From Octopus sinensis (lineage: Eukaryota), in the NCBI RefSeq assembly GCF_006345805.1, contig NC_043001.1, positions 93,558,001-93,622,000 on the forward strand: 64,000 nt of DNA. The letters run 5' to 3'. The position numbers and the translations under genes were made by a program. The stretch's first letter is position 1. Each line of letters opens with the position of its first letter. The notes below the pieces were generated by a model. The model was not told the DNA's origin. It did no database searches and worked only from the letters and a program-made list of their open reading frames with translations. Of the stretch, positions 40,330 to 55,444 are shown in pieces.

Positions 40330-40478
40330 ATTTTGTCGATCAGAAACCTAAGATTCTTCTCTCAGCTGGAACATCTATTTCAGTAAAAGGTGGAATGGTT
40401 GACTTAAACATAAAAGAATAGACGTAAAATATCAGGGCATTAATCCTTGGCCAAAGACCAGCAAATCCCGCTCCACCG
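40330..40478 (-). mobile_element. Decayed SINE family C copy
   Basis: cagctggaacatctatttcagtaaaaggtggaatggttgactt..aaatcccgctccacc resembles the reverse complement of family C. Confidence 0.45.
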
Positions 40479-40617
40479 AACAGTTTATTGTATAACTAAC
40501 AAGAAACTAATGGACGATGGAAGCATCATGAATGAGGATAGAAAATGCGCTGTTTTGATTAACAATGATACGGAAAATTATTATGGGACCAGTACACACA
40601 CACACACACACCACATA

Positions 40618-40681
<64 letters not shown>

Positions 40682-42404
40682 TAATTGATATATAGATATA
40701 TATATAATTGATATATATATGTATAACTGATATATATATATAAATATAATTGATATATATATTTATATTATAAATATAATTGGTATATATATATATATAA
40801 TATATTAATTTTCTAGAATTTAGTAGTGCTTATTTGACAAGTGTTAATATATTGTATAAAATGTTCGCCCCAATGCTTCTTTTGAGATAACATTTTTATA
40901 CAACCACATTTTTTGTAAACAGCCCTTGTAACAAGTTATCATATGAGTGAATCGTCCTTAAAGGAAACTAACGTCGAATTATTAATATTGCTATAGAAAA
41001 ATCTTTCTCATCATCACATTCATCATTATCATCATCATCATCATTACCACAACTGCGACCAATGCAAGCAGCATCACCACCATCACTGTCAGTAAACGAA
41101 GAAACATATTCGGAGAGTGAGAGAGAGAGAAAGAGAGAGAGAGAGACGAAACTAAGATACACATGCATAATCATAAACATACAAATATAAACCTGTACAT
41201 ACATCTATACATATATACATATATTTATACATATATACATATATTTATATAATGGTACATATACATATAAAATGATATATACACATAAAATTGTACACAC
41301 ACACACACACACGTATATATGTATATGTTTATGCATGCAGACATACATACAAACATACATATATCCATACATATATACATGCATATATACATACACACAC
41401 TGTCTTCTCCATCTTCATATTCATTCTATTGATTGCAGGATACCTATCAGCATTAATCAGCAATTGTCTCCATCATTATTTGCGTTAAGCATGGCGAACT
41501 ATATATTTAGTGGCGCTATCCAACGATATATTTAACGTGTCAGGACAATTTTAAACTCGGCTTTCATAATATGGAGACAAGTGGGCTCAAATGTCTCCTT
41601 TTCAGCCACTTCGTGAGACATAAATTGGATCAAGTTACAGGCAAAGATAATTTTTAGCGTTATTTGTATAATAAATACTCTACTAAAATTGTTACAAATG
41701 CCACAATAACAATAATTAATAATTCATCAGAACAAATAAACTAGTTTTCAGCTAATCTGATGACAAAATAAATAAAGTGCCTGCGTTATTTCTCAACGCT
41801 AAGCGATGGGAAACAAAAAGCATAAACGGATATATTTCGATGAAGCGAGCATATATTACATTTACGCTCTAAACTACGGCAATGTTTTCGAATAGACAAA
41901 CGAAACTAGGAATACAAAACAATATTTTGTAATATAGGTTAGATAACACAGTTTAATATAGAAATGTAGCGTATGTAGAATAGAATATATGACAAAAACA
42001 ATCAAGATTAACCTACTCTGTACAAAAGAAGCACTTCGTAGTAAAACTTCAAAATGAAATTCTTGAAAACTTGCAAAAGAAAGCAACGCAAAAAATATAA
42101 AATGGAATAAGGAAATACTTAATATCTGAAAATACTATATACGACAGTTGCAAACAAAACAGTGATATAAAGGTGTAAATAGTTACATAACGAAAATCAA
42201 GAAGGTAAAAGATTTTATGGACTTATAAATACAATTCTGAAGCGTTATGATGAAACAACAGAACTAAAACTTTATGAAAACAGAATCGATTAAGAATGCC
42301 AGTAGAATAAACACAATAACATTTCCTACAGTACAAGTAGTTATAAAGACAAGTACAAGCTCCCGTAAATCTTCTTACAGAAGTACACGAAATAAAGAGA
42401 CAAA

Positions 42405-42745
42405 AATATTCTTGAAACAATGGGTTCTCGTTAAGTCGTTGAGATTCGGTCGTTATAAAATGCTTCAACTCTGTAACGAAAACAGACTCTAAGACTCCGT
42501 ATCAAAGCGATTTTATAAATAACTGGGTGAATATATGACATAAATCAATGAAACACCTCCAGCGAAAGAAGTAGAATAATTCAACGGTGGAGTATCGGCA
42601 ACTATAGGACTTCTGAAAATAGCAAACTGTTATAAATTATCCTCTGTTGTAATATAAAAGCCTTCAGTAAAGAAAATGGAAAACTATTAAACATAACTGT
42701 AAGACACGATCAAAATAAAGAAAAAGACACGTGAAATGGATCCTG
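42405..42745 (+). pseudogene. Decayed pre-RT region of an R4/Dong-like retrotransposon
   Basis: In one frame: LKQWVLVKSLRFGRYK..SKRFYK*LGE..INETPPAKEVE*F, resembling the R4/Dong pattern LKQK..AK..R..RY..KKFYRELG..P..EEVE.FW. Confidence 0.65.
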
Positions 42746-43899
42746 TCAACGAGGAAGCCACTCAATGGAAAGCAAAGGCTGAAGTAACTGACAGTCGTGA
42801 TAAGAAAGGCGAACCAACAACAAAAAATGTGGAAAAAAAATTCTAATCTAAAACAAGAGAGACTGCTGCTATACTTATACTGTAGCAAGTATCTACTTAG
42901 ACAATACCTGTAGGAAAAATAAGTGGGAGCTAAACGTCAACAACAAATAAATAACCAAATTTGAGTACCATCTTTTGCTACAAATAGCAATCGATTGCAC
43001 CCAATCCTCTTAAAAGAGAACATGCATATCCGTTTGTGTAGTTGTATGTACACAATATGTGTAAATGGATGAAATCACTTTGATCTTAAGTCTGCACCTT
43101 CAAGACTGTCCTGGGGATAAGCGACTAATAAAGTAACTCAGAATTATTGAAGTTGTCACGTTCTAATCTGCAGCCAACATCAATATTGGAAATTAGGTTT
43201 TTATTCCCTTACAACTGTCGCCTATGATACAATCAGCACAAATTAAACTACTCACATGGTGGGGTTACAAATGTATAAGAAATGGGAATTATCGATTAAA
43301 TACCTAAGATCTAGTGTATTGCTAAGAGATGAAATTGATTAAAACTCATGAAGGAGACGATGAAAAGAAAAACTCTTTGACACGCTGCAGTTTCCCACAA
43401 TTATTGGCCCTAATGATATATACCTATTGTAGAATCCCTATGAAAAACTACATTTCTAAAGGCAGCTCTACGTGAGTTATTAGTTACTAACTTGAAGTAA
43501 ATATATTTTGCTGTAAGAAAATTATTGTTATAACAGTTGTGTCACCTGATTGGTCCAAGGTGGTTTATTCTAAACATTAGAAACGATTCACAAATATAAT
43601 TCAACTGTCGAAGACATAATCTACTTCCCTTTAGATTATGTTTGCATTTCGCTCGTATGCCTTCCTTAGTCAATCGTATTGAATATGAGACAAAGTATTT
43701 TTTCAACTTTCCGGCTGCAGGTCTATACATATACGCTTAAAGGTTTTTGTAATATAGAAATGGATAGAAAAAAATTGTAAGTTAAGCAGCCACTAGATCT
43801 CTGTGCTTACATCTATTGTTGTACAACCAGGGGATCAAGAAAAACACATATTAAATATATATATATATATATATATTTGTGTGTGTGTGTGATCTTGTT

Positions 43900-44500
43900 G
43901 ACGCCGTTTGCTCGCTTGTCTGCACCGAGTGGGTAGAAATGTGGCTTTGTATTTTGTAGTACGAGAGTTCTTTAATATTGTAGATATTTGTAGCGGTGTC
44001 TGCTTTTTTTTTAATGGTTCAGCTTGTTATGGTAGGAGCTGCATAAGTTAGGGTTTGCTGCAGGAATAGATTCTGACTATGAAATAGTGGCTTTTATGTT
44101 TCAGTATGTTTATTTCATTGTTTAAGAGGACAATGCCTAGCCTATGATGATGATGCAACACAGGATATTTTGTGATTTCCGTAGTTTTTTGTGGTTATTG
44201 TGGAAAAAATTGAAGTGCTGCTAAGACTAGCATAGTCTATTGAATATACTAATGTTATTGATTCTTTGTGTTGGGCAGATATAGCGTTTGGGAATGATTT
44301 TAGTATCTTTTTGAGTCGTAATGTTTTTTTTTTTATACGCATTCTATATACGGTGTTATTGTGTACATTCTATGTACGGTGTTACGTACGGTGTTATTGT
44401 GTATGTAGCCTCAATTATTTTACCGTCTGTGAATTCTGTCTATAAACGTCCCTGCAATGTAAGGGAACGGTTGATTGTGTTCGAAGCTTTTTGGTTTTAC
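43900..44500 (-). pseudogene. Heavily decayed LINE RT remnant
   Basis: Ordered degenerate motifs on minus: KASNTIN (cf. KAFDTVN), IPKRYICP (cf. VPQGSVLSP), TLVYSID (cf. YADD region), QTLTYAAPT (cf. LTYAAPAW). Confidence 0.4.
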
Positions 44501-45552
44501 AAACGAGATGAGGCACAGGGAGTTCAAAAAGAATTACTATTACTCTTATTGCTAATAGTTAGCTTTCTAGGTGTTCTATTTGCGCCAAAAAAAATAAAAC
44601 GAGTTTGCATCTATGCAAATTTATTGGTTCTTGAAAACTATATATGTTAAAGAAGGTTCTGTTATACGCAATAAAAAAAAATACAGGTTATCTCCTAAAG
44701 TATTCGGCTATGTTGTAAGTAATAATTTAGAGCTCATTAACTTCCAAACCTTTTCCATATATCCTATCCTTTGTCACAGATATATACTTCTTTCGCTTAT
44801 TATATTTTTTTGTTTTAGTGAATATACTTTCTGTTTTGATACATTTAAATCTGCAATTCCGGAAATTAAGATAACTTGAATAAGACAGCCAGAGCAATGA
44901 ATTAATATCTTCCTTGTCAGAGGATGAGATATGAATGTAAATATGAATTATTGGCCAAATAAAGCGTTAGAAGTAATCTATTGGACAAGAAGTCGGAATT
45001 TCGTTGATATGTCAAAAGTTTCATACCACGCCATTTGAACTGTACTCTATAATATTTAATATTCCAAAAGAATTTATTCAGATACCTGTCGTAATAGTAG
45101 GTAAAAGAAAGAGACATTGGTGAAAGAAAAATACAATCAATTCGCCAGGAAATATTTTTGGGAGATTATTCGTCAATTCAATTATATTACGAAAGAGTTT
45201 TCAGAGTTTTATAGAGTGCAAAGTACGAAGGAGTACAGTCAACAAGTAGAATTTATAAGTTATATTCTCAATAAATAAGACGTCAATTTTGATAGATAAA
45301 AATGTCTAAAAATGTCCATTATGATAAAAATGTTTTTTCCAAACCAATAAACTGCTCTCTTGTGCTCCTATCTATATTATATTTTAATTGGTCTATTTTC
45401 CGATGGTCTTCAGCATCATACACATTATATACGGCTGTCATAACACTTCACAAAGTAATTGATTCAGTTTTAGCACAGCATCTCAACTCAAGTCATTTGC
45501 CAAAAAAGAATACAACTGTAATCTATCTATCTATCTTTCTATCTGTATGTAA

Positions 45553-45615
<63 letters not shown>

Positions 45616-45627
45616 CACACACACACA

Positions 45628-45675
<48 letters not shown>

Positions 45676-46156
45676 CATATATATTTGATGAGATTCGTTA
45701 AAGGTATAAGAATATACCATAAAGAAGTACAAAAATGGAGAGATGTTGAAACAAATAGATTTATTATAAAAGTGGTTTCAATGCATACGTACGTTTTGAA
45801 AAACAATGCAAAAAGTTTAAGAAAAACTTTAAAACATAGTGATTAAGATTATTATTGAAATTAAACAATTAAAAGATTAAAATTGAGAATAAAAATAAAA
45901 ATAAAACTGAAGATTTAATTTATGCATTTTCATTCTCATCAGGGAAGAATATTTTGAAGGACATCAAAAAAGTTTAATACGATGAATATGAGATAAAATT
46001 AAAATAAAATGAAAATAAAATAGAATACAATCAGAGAACACATATGGGGCAATAAGGGAAATCTGGTAATTTACAAAGCAAGTTGTGAACGGGAAAAATA
46101 ATGACATCAACAATACTAGTGGTGAGAGAGAAAAAAAATAAAAATAAAAATAAAAA

Positions 46157-46570
46157 TATATATCAGTGTGTATGTAAGTGTATATGTGTAGTGAAACTAT
46201 AACATAAGAATCCAACGGATATGTTTAAAACATAATAATAAACACCGTTCTAGACGAAATACAGTGTAAACAAGGCCACGTGTGTATCTTAGAGTACAAT
46301 GTAACAATCTCGTTAGCGTCACACTCTGAATAAAATTCCTTGGTTTTGTCTCTGCTTTCACTCTCAAACATAGTCTTATATTTATTCGCTTTTCAATAAG
46401 ACTATTATGTATATGTATAATTCTCTATGGATTTCTTATACTAATGAAATTGTTACACACACGGCCTTGTTTACACTGTATTTCGCCTAGAACGGTGCTT
46501 ATTATTATTTTTTAAAATACATCCGTTGGATTCTTATGCACATATACACTTGCATACACATTGATATATA
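46157..46570. mobile_element. MITE/foldback with ~130 bp terminal inverted repeats and TA ends
   Basis: cataagaatccaacggat..caccgttctagacgaaatacagtgtaaacaaggcc pairs with ggccttgtttacactgtatttcgcctagaacggtg..atccgttggattcttatg; the left arm has two small insertions. Confidence 0.88.
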
Positions 46571-46669
46571 TAGTGCGGAAACGCGCGTAGCGATGCATTA
46601 ACACTTTATATATTCCATCCAAGGATTATTGTTATTATCACTGTATAGGTATGGCTGTATGGTAAGAAA

Positions 46670-47120
46670 CCACAGCACACCACCACACCATACACCACCA
46701 TACCACACAACGCAACATCACACCACCCCGCACACTCTAGCACTGACCACTTCCCAGCACCTAACCAATATCCACACACCTGCAGATGCACACAAGCACC
46801 CGTCAAGCTCACCAACCTCCTTCCCCACGCACAAACCCGCTCTCACCTTCGTATTTGGTTCTTCACTACTTTATTACCTCCCCTTCTTCCTAGCTTTCCT
46901 GTGTGACCCCTCTGTCCGGTATTCGCCATGATAGATCGCTAGCCACTAAACCGTTTTCTATTGTCTCTCCCTGTTTATTTCTGTGTTCCTTTCTATCGAA
47001 TAGAGTAGACCCGAATCCTAAATGACTTTCTCATTTCCCGAGCATTAAACTAATACATCTGTTTGTTATTTACAATTCCGCCAGCATCTTTTGTTTTTTC
47101 TTTGTAAATCCTCACTATAT
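46670..47120 (+). mobile_element. Probable Penelope-like terminal repeat remnant
   Basis: CA-rich then pyrimidine-rich segment; cctttctatcgaatagagtagacccgaatcctaaa looks like a decayed version of the 14965 hammerhead; ends at (TA)n. Confidence 0.45.
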
Positions 47121-47149
47121 ATATATATACATACATATATATGTATATA

Positions 47150-47320
47150 TTCGTGTGTCGTTTGGCCATCGATGTTGGTACCCGAAACTTAGCTTCCGGC
47201 AAAAGAAACCGACAGTATAATTACTAAGCTTACAAAGAATAAGTTCTGCAGTTACTTTGTTCGACTAAAGGCGATGCTCCAGTATGGCTGCAGTCAAATT
47301 TGTGAAACAAGGAAAAGAGA
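47150..47320 (+). mobile_element. 3' half of SINE family A
   Basis: ggcaaaagaaaccgacagtataattactaagcttacaaagaataagt..tccagtatggctgcagtcaaa..gaaacaaggaaaaga. Confidence 0.8.
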
Positions 47321-47537
47321 AGAGAAAATAAAAGTAATATATATATATATATATATATATGCCAAAATAAGAGAGAGGAAGAGAGAAAGAGAAAGAGAAA
47401 GACAGAGAGAGGGAGACAAAGAAAGAGAGAGAGTGAGAGAGAGAGAGAGAGTGAGAGATAATAGAGATAATACACGTTTGTATATTCGTTTTGCAGCAAG
47501 GTCCTTGATGTTAATTCGTGTGTTGAAACAGATATTT

Positions 47538-47945
47538 TTGTATTTGGGGACGGTCATGTTGCCAGTTTAGCCAATGGCAACACACGCACTATATATTTGG
47601 TGTTCACTTGGTTCAGCTTTATTTTATATTAATTATATTTCGGCTACAGTTCTTTCGTCACACTTCTGTGACCTCATCTGTGGTCCTTTGCTTTTTTCTT
47701 TCTTTTTTGTGTCTCTCCTTATTAACGATCTGCCATTATACACAAAATGGCAGCTCATCAGTAAGGAGAGAAACAAAAACAAAAGAAGAAAGCAAAGGAC
47801 CACTGATGTTGTCACAGAAGTGTGACGAAAGAACTCTAACCGAAACGTAATTAATATGAAATATAACCGAAGAAAGTGAACACCAAATATATAGAGCATG
47901 TGTTTTTAATGGCTAAACTAGCAACATGATCATTCCCAAATACAA
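47538..47945. repeat. ~408 bp near-perfect foldback hairpin containing hammerhead-core-like motifs
   Basis: Arms 47538-47737 and 47746-47945 are reverse complements with scattered mismatches; apex ctgccatt-atacacaa-aatggcag. Related to 32360-32500. Confidence 0.92.
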
Positions 47946-47955
47946 TAATATATAT

Positions 47956-48471
<516 letters not shown>

Positions 48472-51400
48472 TACATATATATTCATGTATCTATATCTAC
48501 CTAACTATTTGTTCGTGGTATTCTTAAAAAGGAAAAAAACATGCACGTTCATGGAAACGTTTTCTCATATGAAATAAATTGTCTTTGCAAATTACGAAAT
48601 ATTTCTTCCCATGCTACCACGTTAAAAATATGCTGTGAATCCGCAACACGTCCATGATAGTGGAGAATGTAGAGCCATATAACGTATAAATGCTTTCACA
48701 TAATATTTACACGTCAAGCTAAATGCATGATATTTACTATCGCTTATAAATGAGTTGGATGTCATGAGTTCTACTTTAAGAGGGGAAGGTAAATTTATGT
48801 GCATTTGGATAAACAATTAATACTAACAATTTATATAACGCAATGTCTAATGCTTTGAAAAGTTAGTGAGAATATGTCATCTAATAATCGAGTTGCCTGG
48901 TATGAAAGGAGAATGATATTCTCATAAAAGGGAACACCATACATAATAAACTGATGTAAAGGGACACCATTAAATATTTTCCTCTACATAGTTTGTTACG
49001 GTTAGTTTCCGTTGAATTATACAGTTAAGAGCGTGTTAAAATGACTGTACTTAATATAATTCTAAATATTTCGGTATCTGTAGCGAACGCGACATAGGGA
49101 AAGCGCAATCTCTTCTAACTGTCACCAAAAAGAAAATTTAAAATATAAGGTGCATAAAGTATTCAGCGGTGATTATTATCTGCAAACTACATACATTTAC
49201 AATTTCGTTGTTTTGTTGAAAAACCCTTGTGTGTCATGGGCTATTTTGTACAATAGAATCGGTGACGCTTCACGATCATTTCAGGTTTCAGCCGTTAGCC
49301 TGCAAATATGTTTATATTATTCACTCTGTTAGAACTCACTCGTTAAAAAAAAAAATACTGAATGCAAAGTCAACAGATGTACGAAATAAAATTAAGCAGT
49401 GTAGCATTTATAATGTTCTGAAAGGTTAATGAAATGAAATAAGTGGTATTATTCAATAGAAAAAATAAATTGAAAAACCGGATTGAAAACGCAACTTAGC
49501 CGAAGTTACTTCTATATGGCGATGATAAATACTTCTCTATTTGTATATCACAATTTTTCGGTAATATTACGACATAGAGTTATATCTTGCATCTTCTAGA
49601 GAAAATGCTAATTGGAATCATTGTTTTGTTCATTAATAACATGCATACCTCATAACAATTTCTTACGTCAATATTTATTTTGAAAATAATATGCTTGGAA
49701 AGTGACAATAATGTTAGGTTTGGTTATAAGTGTAGCATCTTGATCACGAGTTTATATCGTTTCAATGGTGGAGAAAAAGCTAAAAGTTTGTAAAACCTTT
49801 TTGCTTTTTGCAATTTCTGAACTTGAAAGAATAGCTTCGTCTTTACGTTATTTTCTAGAATTTATCTATGAATATTAACGTATGAATATTAACAGTAGTC
49901 TTAAACATACAACGTCAACTTTGATGTATATTGTCTTCATGAACTGTTAATGACATTTTTATACAAAAACAGAAATAAAGAACAGCAATTATAATCTGCA
50001 AAATGAGGAAAAAAGAATAAAACTACGTTAACATATTCCTGAATTGCAATAAACAACGTTTAACAACACTGCTTAATCTTAAAATGTATAGAATCTTGAA
50101 ATGTCTCAAGGGTAGAGAATTCATGAAAGAAATAAAAATAATAGATTTTCTAACCTTGGCTCCATACTATTACGTTTAATTTATTTTCTAATGCACGTTT
50201 CTACATGTTTTATTTCATATGTTGTTTTGGAAGCAATGTTATACAGATAAAATGAATTTCAGCCTAGAAATGAATATCTATTGAGCGCTTGGCTGAACGC
50301 GATTTAAAAATAGGTGTAAAATAGTGTAAAAAGAGACCTGCTATTCAATCATTGTAAATCTTCCCAAAGGACAGAACGTGTTTAAAATTTTATTTCCGAG
50401 TTGTTGCTTTAATAACTTAGGTGAGGTAGAAGCGGAAACATGAACTAATGGAAGGGTATAATGCTGATGAAATTCCAATAATAAGGTAATTCTGTCATTA
50501 CAACGAGAAACAAATTTAATTTAAATATGTCAAGTCCTGAGGCCTTTTTCATTCAATAATATTTCCTTTTGCCTTTACCTCCCCTGTGATGAAAAGTAAT
50601 GAAAAATGATGGTTACTGTGATATAGAGGATGCTGTCCTTGATGGGCTGGGTGGCGATATTAGTTGAATAGTGAAAGTGGTAACAACGTTTGTACTAATA
50701 TTCGTAATACTGCACTCTTAAGGCAACATCTCATCTTTCCAATAAAGCCAGTGGCAAAGAAAATAATTCAGTTGACAATGTGTATTTTGTTTTTTTCCAT
50801 TAATGCTGATATTAGTCAGGTCTTTTTATAGGAGTCAAAATGCCAGTCAATTTGGACAATGGCTCGCAGTTAGACACACACATGCTTAGAGTTTACGAGC
50901 ACGTTTCTTCCTAATATTACTTATTGCGTTCACAAATATAGTCTTAACAAATAAGATGATGGTTACGTCGTGAAATCTGTTGACGAAAGAAAATATATTC
51001 AGTGATGGGTAACCTGGGGCTAAACATTAGAAATAGTTGCATTTAAAAAAAAATTCTGACAGGAGAACAAATGATATGCACTAATTTACCCAGCCTTAAT
51101 AATGAACAAACTTCAAATTGGAATTTGTTTTACTTATCTAAATGTGTGAAATGTTAATATAAGTTAGTTTAGATCGTATCCTCTGATAACTGAGTATAGA
51201 ACAAAAATAGAAGAATCGCTAGATTCACCGACTGAATATATTAAACTATACAGAATCCAGAAATAAATACAGAAATAAAACAGAAAATATTTGTACAAAA
51301 TATTATCTCTATTTTTAGCTTAATGTTTTTGAAATCGTGAAAATTACATTTTGGTATAAACTTTTGAATTATCTTCCAAAAAGTTTTGCTTTTTGTATTT

Positions 51401-51724
51401 CATTTTGTTGCAATTTTCACATTTTACTTCCAGAAATCATTAGTTTGTTTGATATTCTTCTAGTTTAATCACGATTTTAGAAGCTAGATAAACATAATTT
51501 AATATGACAGCAATTGCATGAGTGAATTCATAACATCGAACAAGAAGGAACCATCGTCATCTTCACCTATGTCATCAAAAACATCAGAAACATCATCACT
51601 AATATTAGCGATAGCGAATCATCGTTACCATTATCTATGTTATCAATATCATCATCATAGACACCAATCATAAAATGATGCTAATATCTTTGTCGTTCCT
51701 CATACCGTATTTACCGTTTATTAA

Positions 51725-51744
51725 TATTATTATTATTATTATTA

Positions 51745-51786
<42 letters not shown>
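51725..51786. repeat. (TTA)n microsatellite
   Basis: Directly visible. Confidence 0.95.
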
Positions 51787-51787
<1 letters not shown>

Positions 51788-52395
51788 AATTAACTTTATC
51801 CACATAATCATGAACATCGATATTATTACTCTCATCCCTGCAATAAAATTTATCGACATCATTATAATTGTCAACGCCAACATTAATATCCTCAGCATAG
51901 CCACACACAGAAACTCAACGTAACAACCGTAACAAATGAAACTACGAAATAATGAAAACGGAAACTATTGCTTGGTTGCTGTATATTCTAGAATCAGCTC
52001 TCAAATCTCGCTGACATAAAGCACCATAGTCATAATTGTTAACATCAGCATCCTCGTCCTCCTACTCATCATCGTTATCGTTGTCGTCGGGTCGTCATTT
52101 TCAACAGAACAGGTAAATGATTATTTGCAGAAGGTTATTGAAAACACAGGTATCGAGTTCAATTTAAAATGAAAAAGTAAAATGAAGCTATGGAACTAAA
52201 ATGAATTCACAAAATCTAATTGTATCATTTATTTTTAAGTCTTTTCTACAACGGACGTGTGATGAGAATTGCCATTGAAGGGCCTGTGAATCCACGTTCA
52301 AAAACAACAGTGTTCCGGATGAAATACCTTAACATATGTTCTCTAGTCTGGATGAGAGTCACATAGATATTATTAATAATTATTAATATTTTTGT

Positions 52396-52620
52396 TTTAA
52401 TCCTTTCGCATTCAAATTATTTCGTCAAATGTAACGCGTATTTATTCACATAGTTTTGAATTAATCATGCATTATCTCACAACGTCAATATTTTTATGAT
52501 GTGAATGTTTATTTTCGGAATGACCTTCCAGAGAAAATGTGACGGGCCTGATGTGGCTGATTTGAATATAAAATAGAATATCTGGACCGGATATGACTAG
52601 TTTAATTGCTAAAGAGCTGA
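52396..52620. mobile_element. Possible TTAA-ended (piggyBac-like) MITE
   Basis: Degenerate termini ttaatcctttcgcattcaaa / tttaattgctaaagagctga resembling TTAACCCTTTAGCA..TGCTAAAGGGTTAA. Confidence 0.45.
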
Positions 52621-53622
52621 GACGCAAGGAAATACAGGTTGTGGAATTTGAACACCCACACTCAGTGTCGTTAATATCCATTCAGAGCAGTTGACATTTT
52701 TTGAAATATATGTCTTTTAGGAAACTTTTAATCGACATATCATTTAGTATGTGTATTTCACGTAGCTCTTCTCTCTCATTCAATTATATAACCACTATTT
52801 AGAAAATAAAATAGAAAAAAATATCATTATACTTAACTACTGAATGAATAAAGTCGCCATTTCTTAGATATGAACGTAATAGATTTGTGAGGTCATGTGT
52901 TCAAATTGATCTATGATATAATGGATGTTGTACATTTAACCACTGAAATAAGAAGTATGACCAATCTCAAACGGTAGAGAACGAATGCGTGACGCCATTT
53001 AAAAACGGGTGAATTGTAGGAAGTAAGCGTACTGAGTTTGCCGATTTTCTTTGCACTCAACATACGCAAAACATCTGACAAAATCTCACTCCTTTCAAGA
53101 TTACATGATGTATTTATCTCGATGTATGCCCTACACTAGAATAAATCCATGAGAGTAGACTTAATTCTGTCCTTTCCGAAATGGCATCCCTATTTCTCAG
53201 AGATCAAGATTCTTGTGTTCGTTCAATCTTTCTTTGTTGTTCATTTCTCTTACTAGAGATCTGGCGATCATATATTTGATTAATGCTCCCTAAAGGCCAA
53301 AGTCACGTCGGGTGCACAAGTATACATGAGTTCACACAAATAGATCATAAACACAGACGAAAACCAAAGCAGACACATACGTGTATAAAGATACACATAC
53401 ACTCAAACATGAATTACACAAAAAGCACGTACACACACATACAAAACACACATATACAAATGCTATTCATAGTGTTTAAAATATGCGAACGTAATTACAC
53501 AATCATAGCCGTAACATAGTTTTACAAAGAGAAAGATATATACATGCACAATACAGTTTTCCCTACTGGCCTGTCTGTCTCTTTATTAGCTTCTCTTACG
53601 CCCTATCTCTCTCCTTGTATGT

Positions 53623-53653
<31 letters not shown>

Positions 53654-55097
53654 AATATATATATATATATGTACATATATTCATATATACAAATATATAT
53701 ATATGTACATACATATGTGTGCCAATGTTTCATCATGTATATATGTGTGTGTATGTGAATATGTGTGCGCATAAACCGGTCACATATAGCGTGACTATTA
53801 AGTTATTCGAATGAATGAAGCAGCTATTGCATTGATCATGTAATCAATAAACCATTGTATTGAAATATTGATCGGAAAAGGGTTCTCTTACATATCACAC
53901 ATCTTATACCATTTCTACTGCACACTTGTAAAGACCTAGTTTAGCGTTGCTTCAATATTTTAAACTCACTTACACGAGCAACATGAATGCGCTTCAGAAA
54001 AAGGAAAAAAAGTCCTGTCTTTGATATTCACCCATTGTACTCCATTTGGCTGATATAGCTACTGTTTTTATTTTCTTTGGTGTTGTTAATGTGAATACTG
54101 AGTTATACTTCCCGTTCCCGTTCTTTATAAAGAAAATATGGCTCAACATTTATGGTGTTTCCAAAATTTATTAGCTTTTTGTGTAATTGACACCCAATAT
54201 GTTGATTAGTGATGGAATCAAACCAACCAAAGAAATATAACAAAGCATTACCTGAATCTTTGTGTACAATGGGTCAGAATTGCTCTGCTTTGGTTTGTAT
54301 AGTATTTAATATTGTTTAATTTAAGGGCATCGTTTGAAGTAGTAAATTTTTAAGCTCAAAAAACACATATCATATATACAAATTACATGTACAAGTATAA
54401 GAAATAGAAAATGTTTTGTAGACGAACAAGTTATTGTCAGATGTTTAAGTTAAATCTTAGAATTTTATAATGAGAAGAATGTTTAAATGAGTAAATGGAC
54501 AATTGATTGTTTGAGTGTATCAGTGCTTCTCGTTTCGTTTAGATCACTCTGCTTTGAGTGTTAGATATCGAAATACATGAATATGAAAAACACATGAATA
54601 AACCTGGTGAAATATTTTAACATAAAGAACTTTGGAAAGCCTCTTAGGTTTGTCGCTACATTGAAAGTTTAGCGCTAGCGTCAGGTTATAAAACACCGAT
54701 TCTCAGATGCTATCAAGTTATACACCTGGGGCACATGGTTTTGGTAATTCCTAGTAAACATTCAATCTCCACCAATACATAGTTGCCGTGGTCGGAAATG
54801 TAATTGACGTTATTATTCAATAATTATTCGTCATAATTATTCTTGCTCCGCAAAATACTACAGGCAAACACGCAGGTATAAAATGTCTCGCCGCTTTCCG
54901 GAGGCACTGAAATAAGTCTCGGTTATAGAACAAATTGTTTTAATTGATTATACACCTCATAAAATGTTTGGCTTTGTATCTAATGGAAACAATAAACTAA
55001 TAACAGATATGTACGTACCCATGTATGTATTTATGTATGTATGTATATCCATGCAAGCATACAAGTATGTCAATGTATATATCTATCTACATATATA

Positions 55098-55132
<35 letters not shown>

Positions 55133-55411
55133 GATATATCCGCATGCATATATATATATATACACACACATATATATATAGAAAGATAGATATATGTATA
55201 TGTATGTGTGTGTATATCTACATACATATACGTATACATACACACATACATCTACGTGTATATCGCTGTATCTGTGTATGTCTGTGAATGTGTGTATGTC
55301 TGTATGTACTGATAGATATATAGGGAATCAGACAGAGTGGGAGATTCAATCAGACAGAGTGGGAGATTCAATCAGACAGACAAGTGTACACATAGAGAGA
55401 AAGCTAGATGG

Positions 55412-55444
<33 letters not shown>

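Noticed and set aside
55325-55378. Short tandem duplications (also 6370-6412, 25360-25425, 32500-32545, 44350-44405)
   Set aside because: Ordinary slippage duplications; no regular repeat-spacer structure, so not CRISPR-like.
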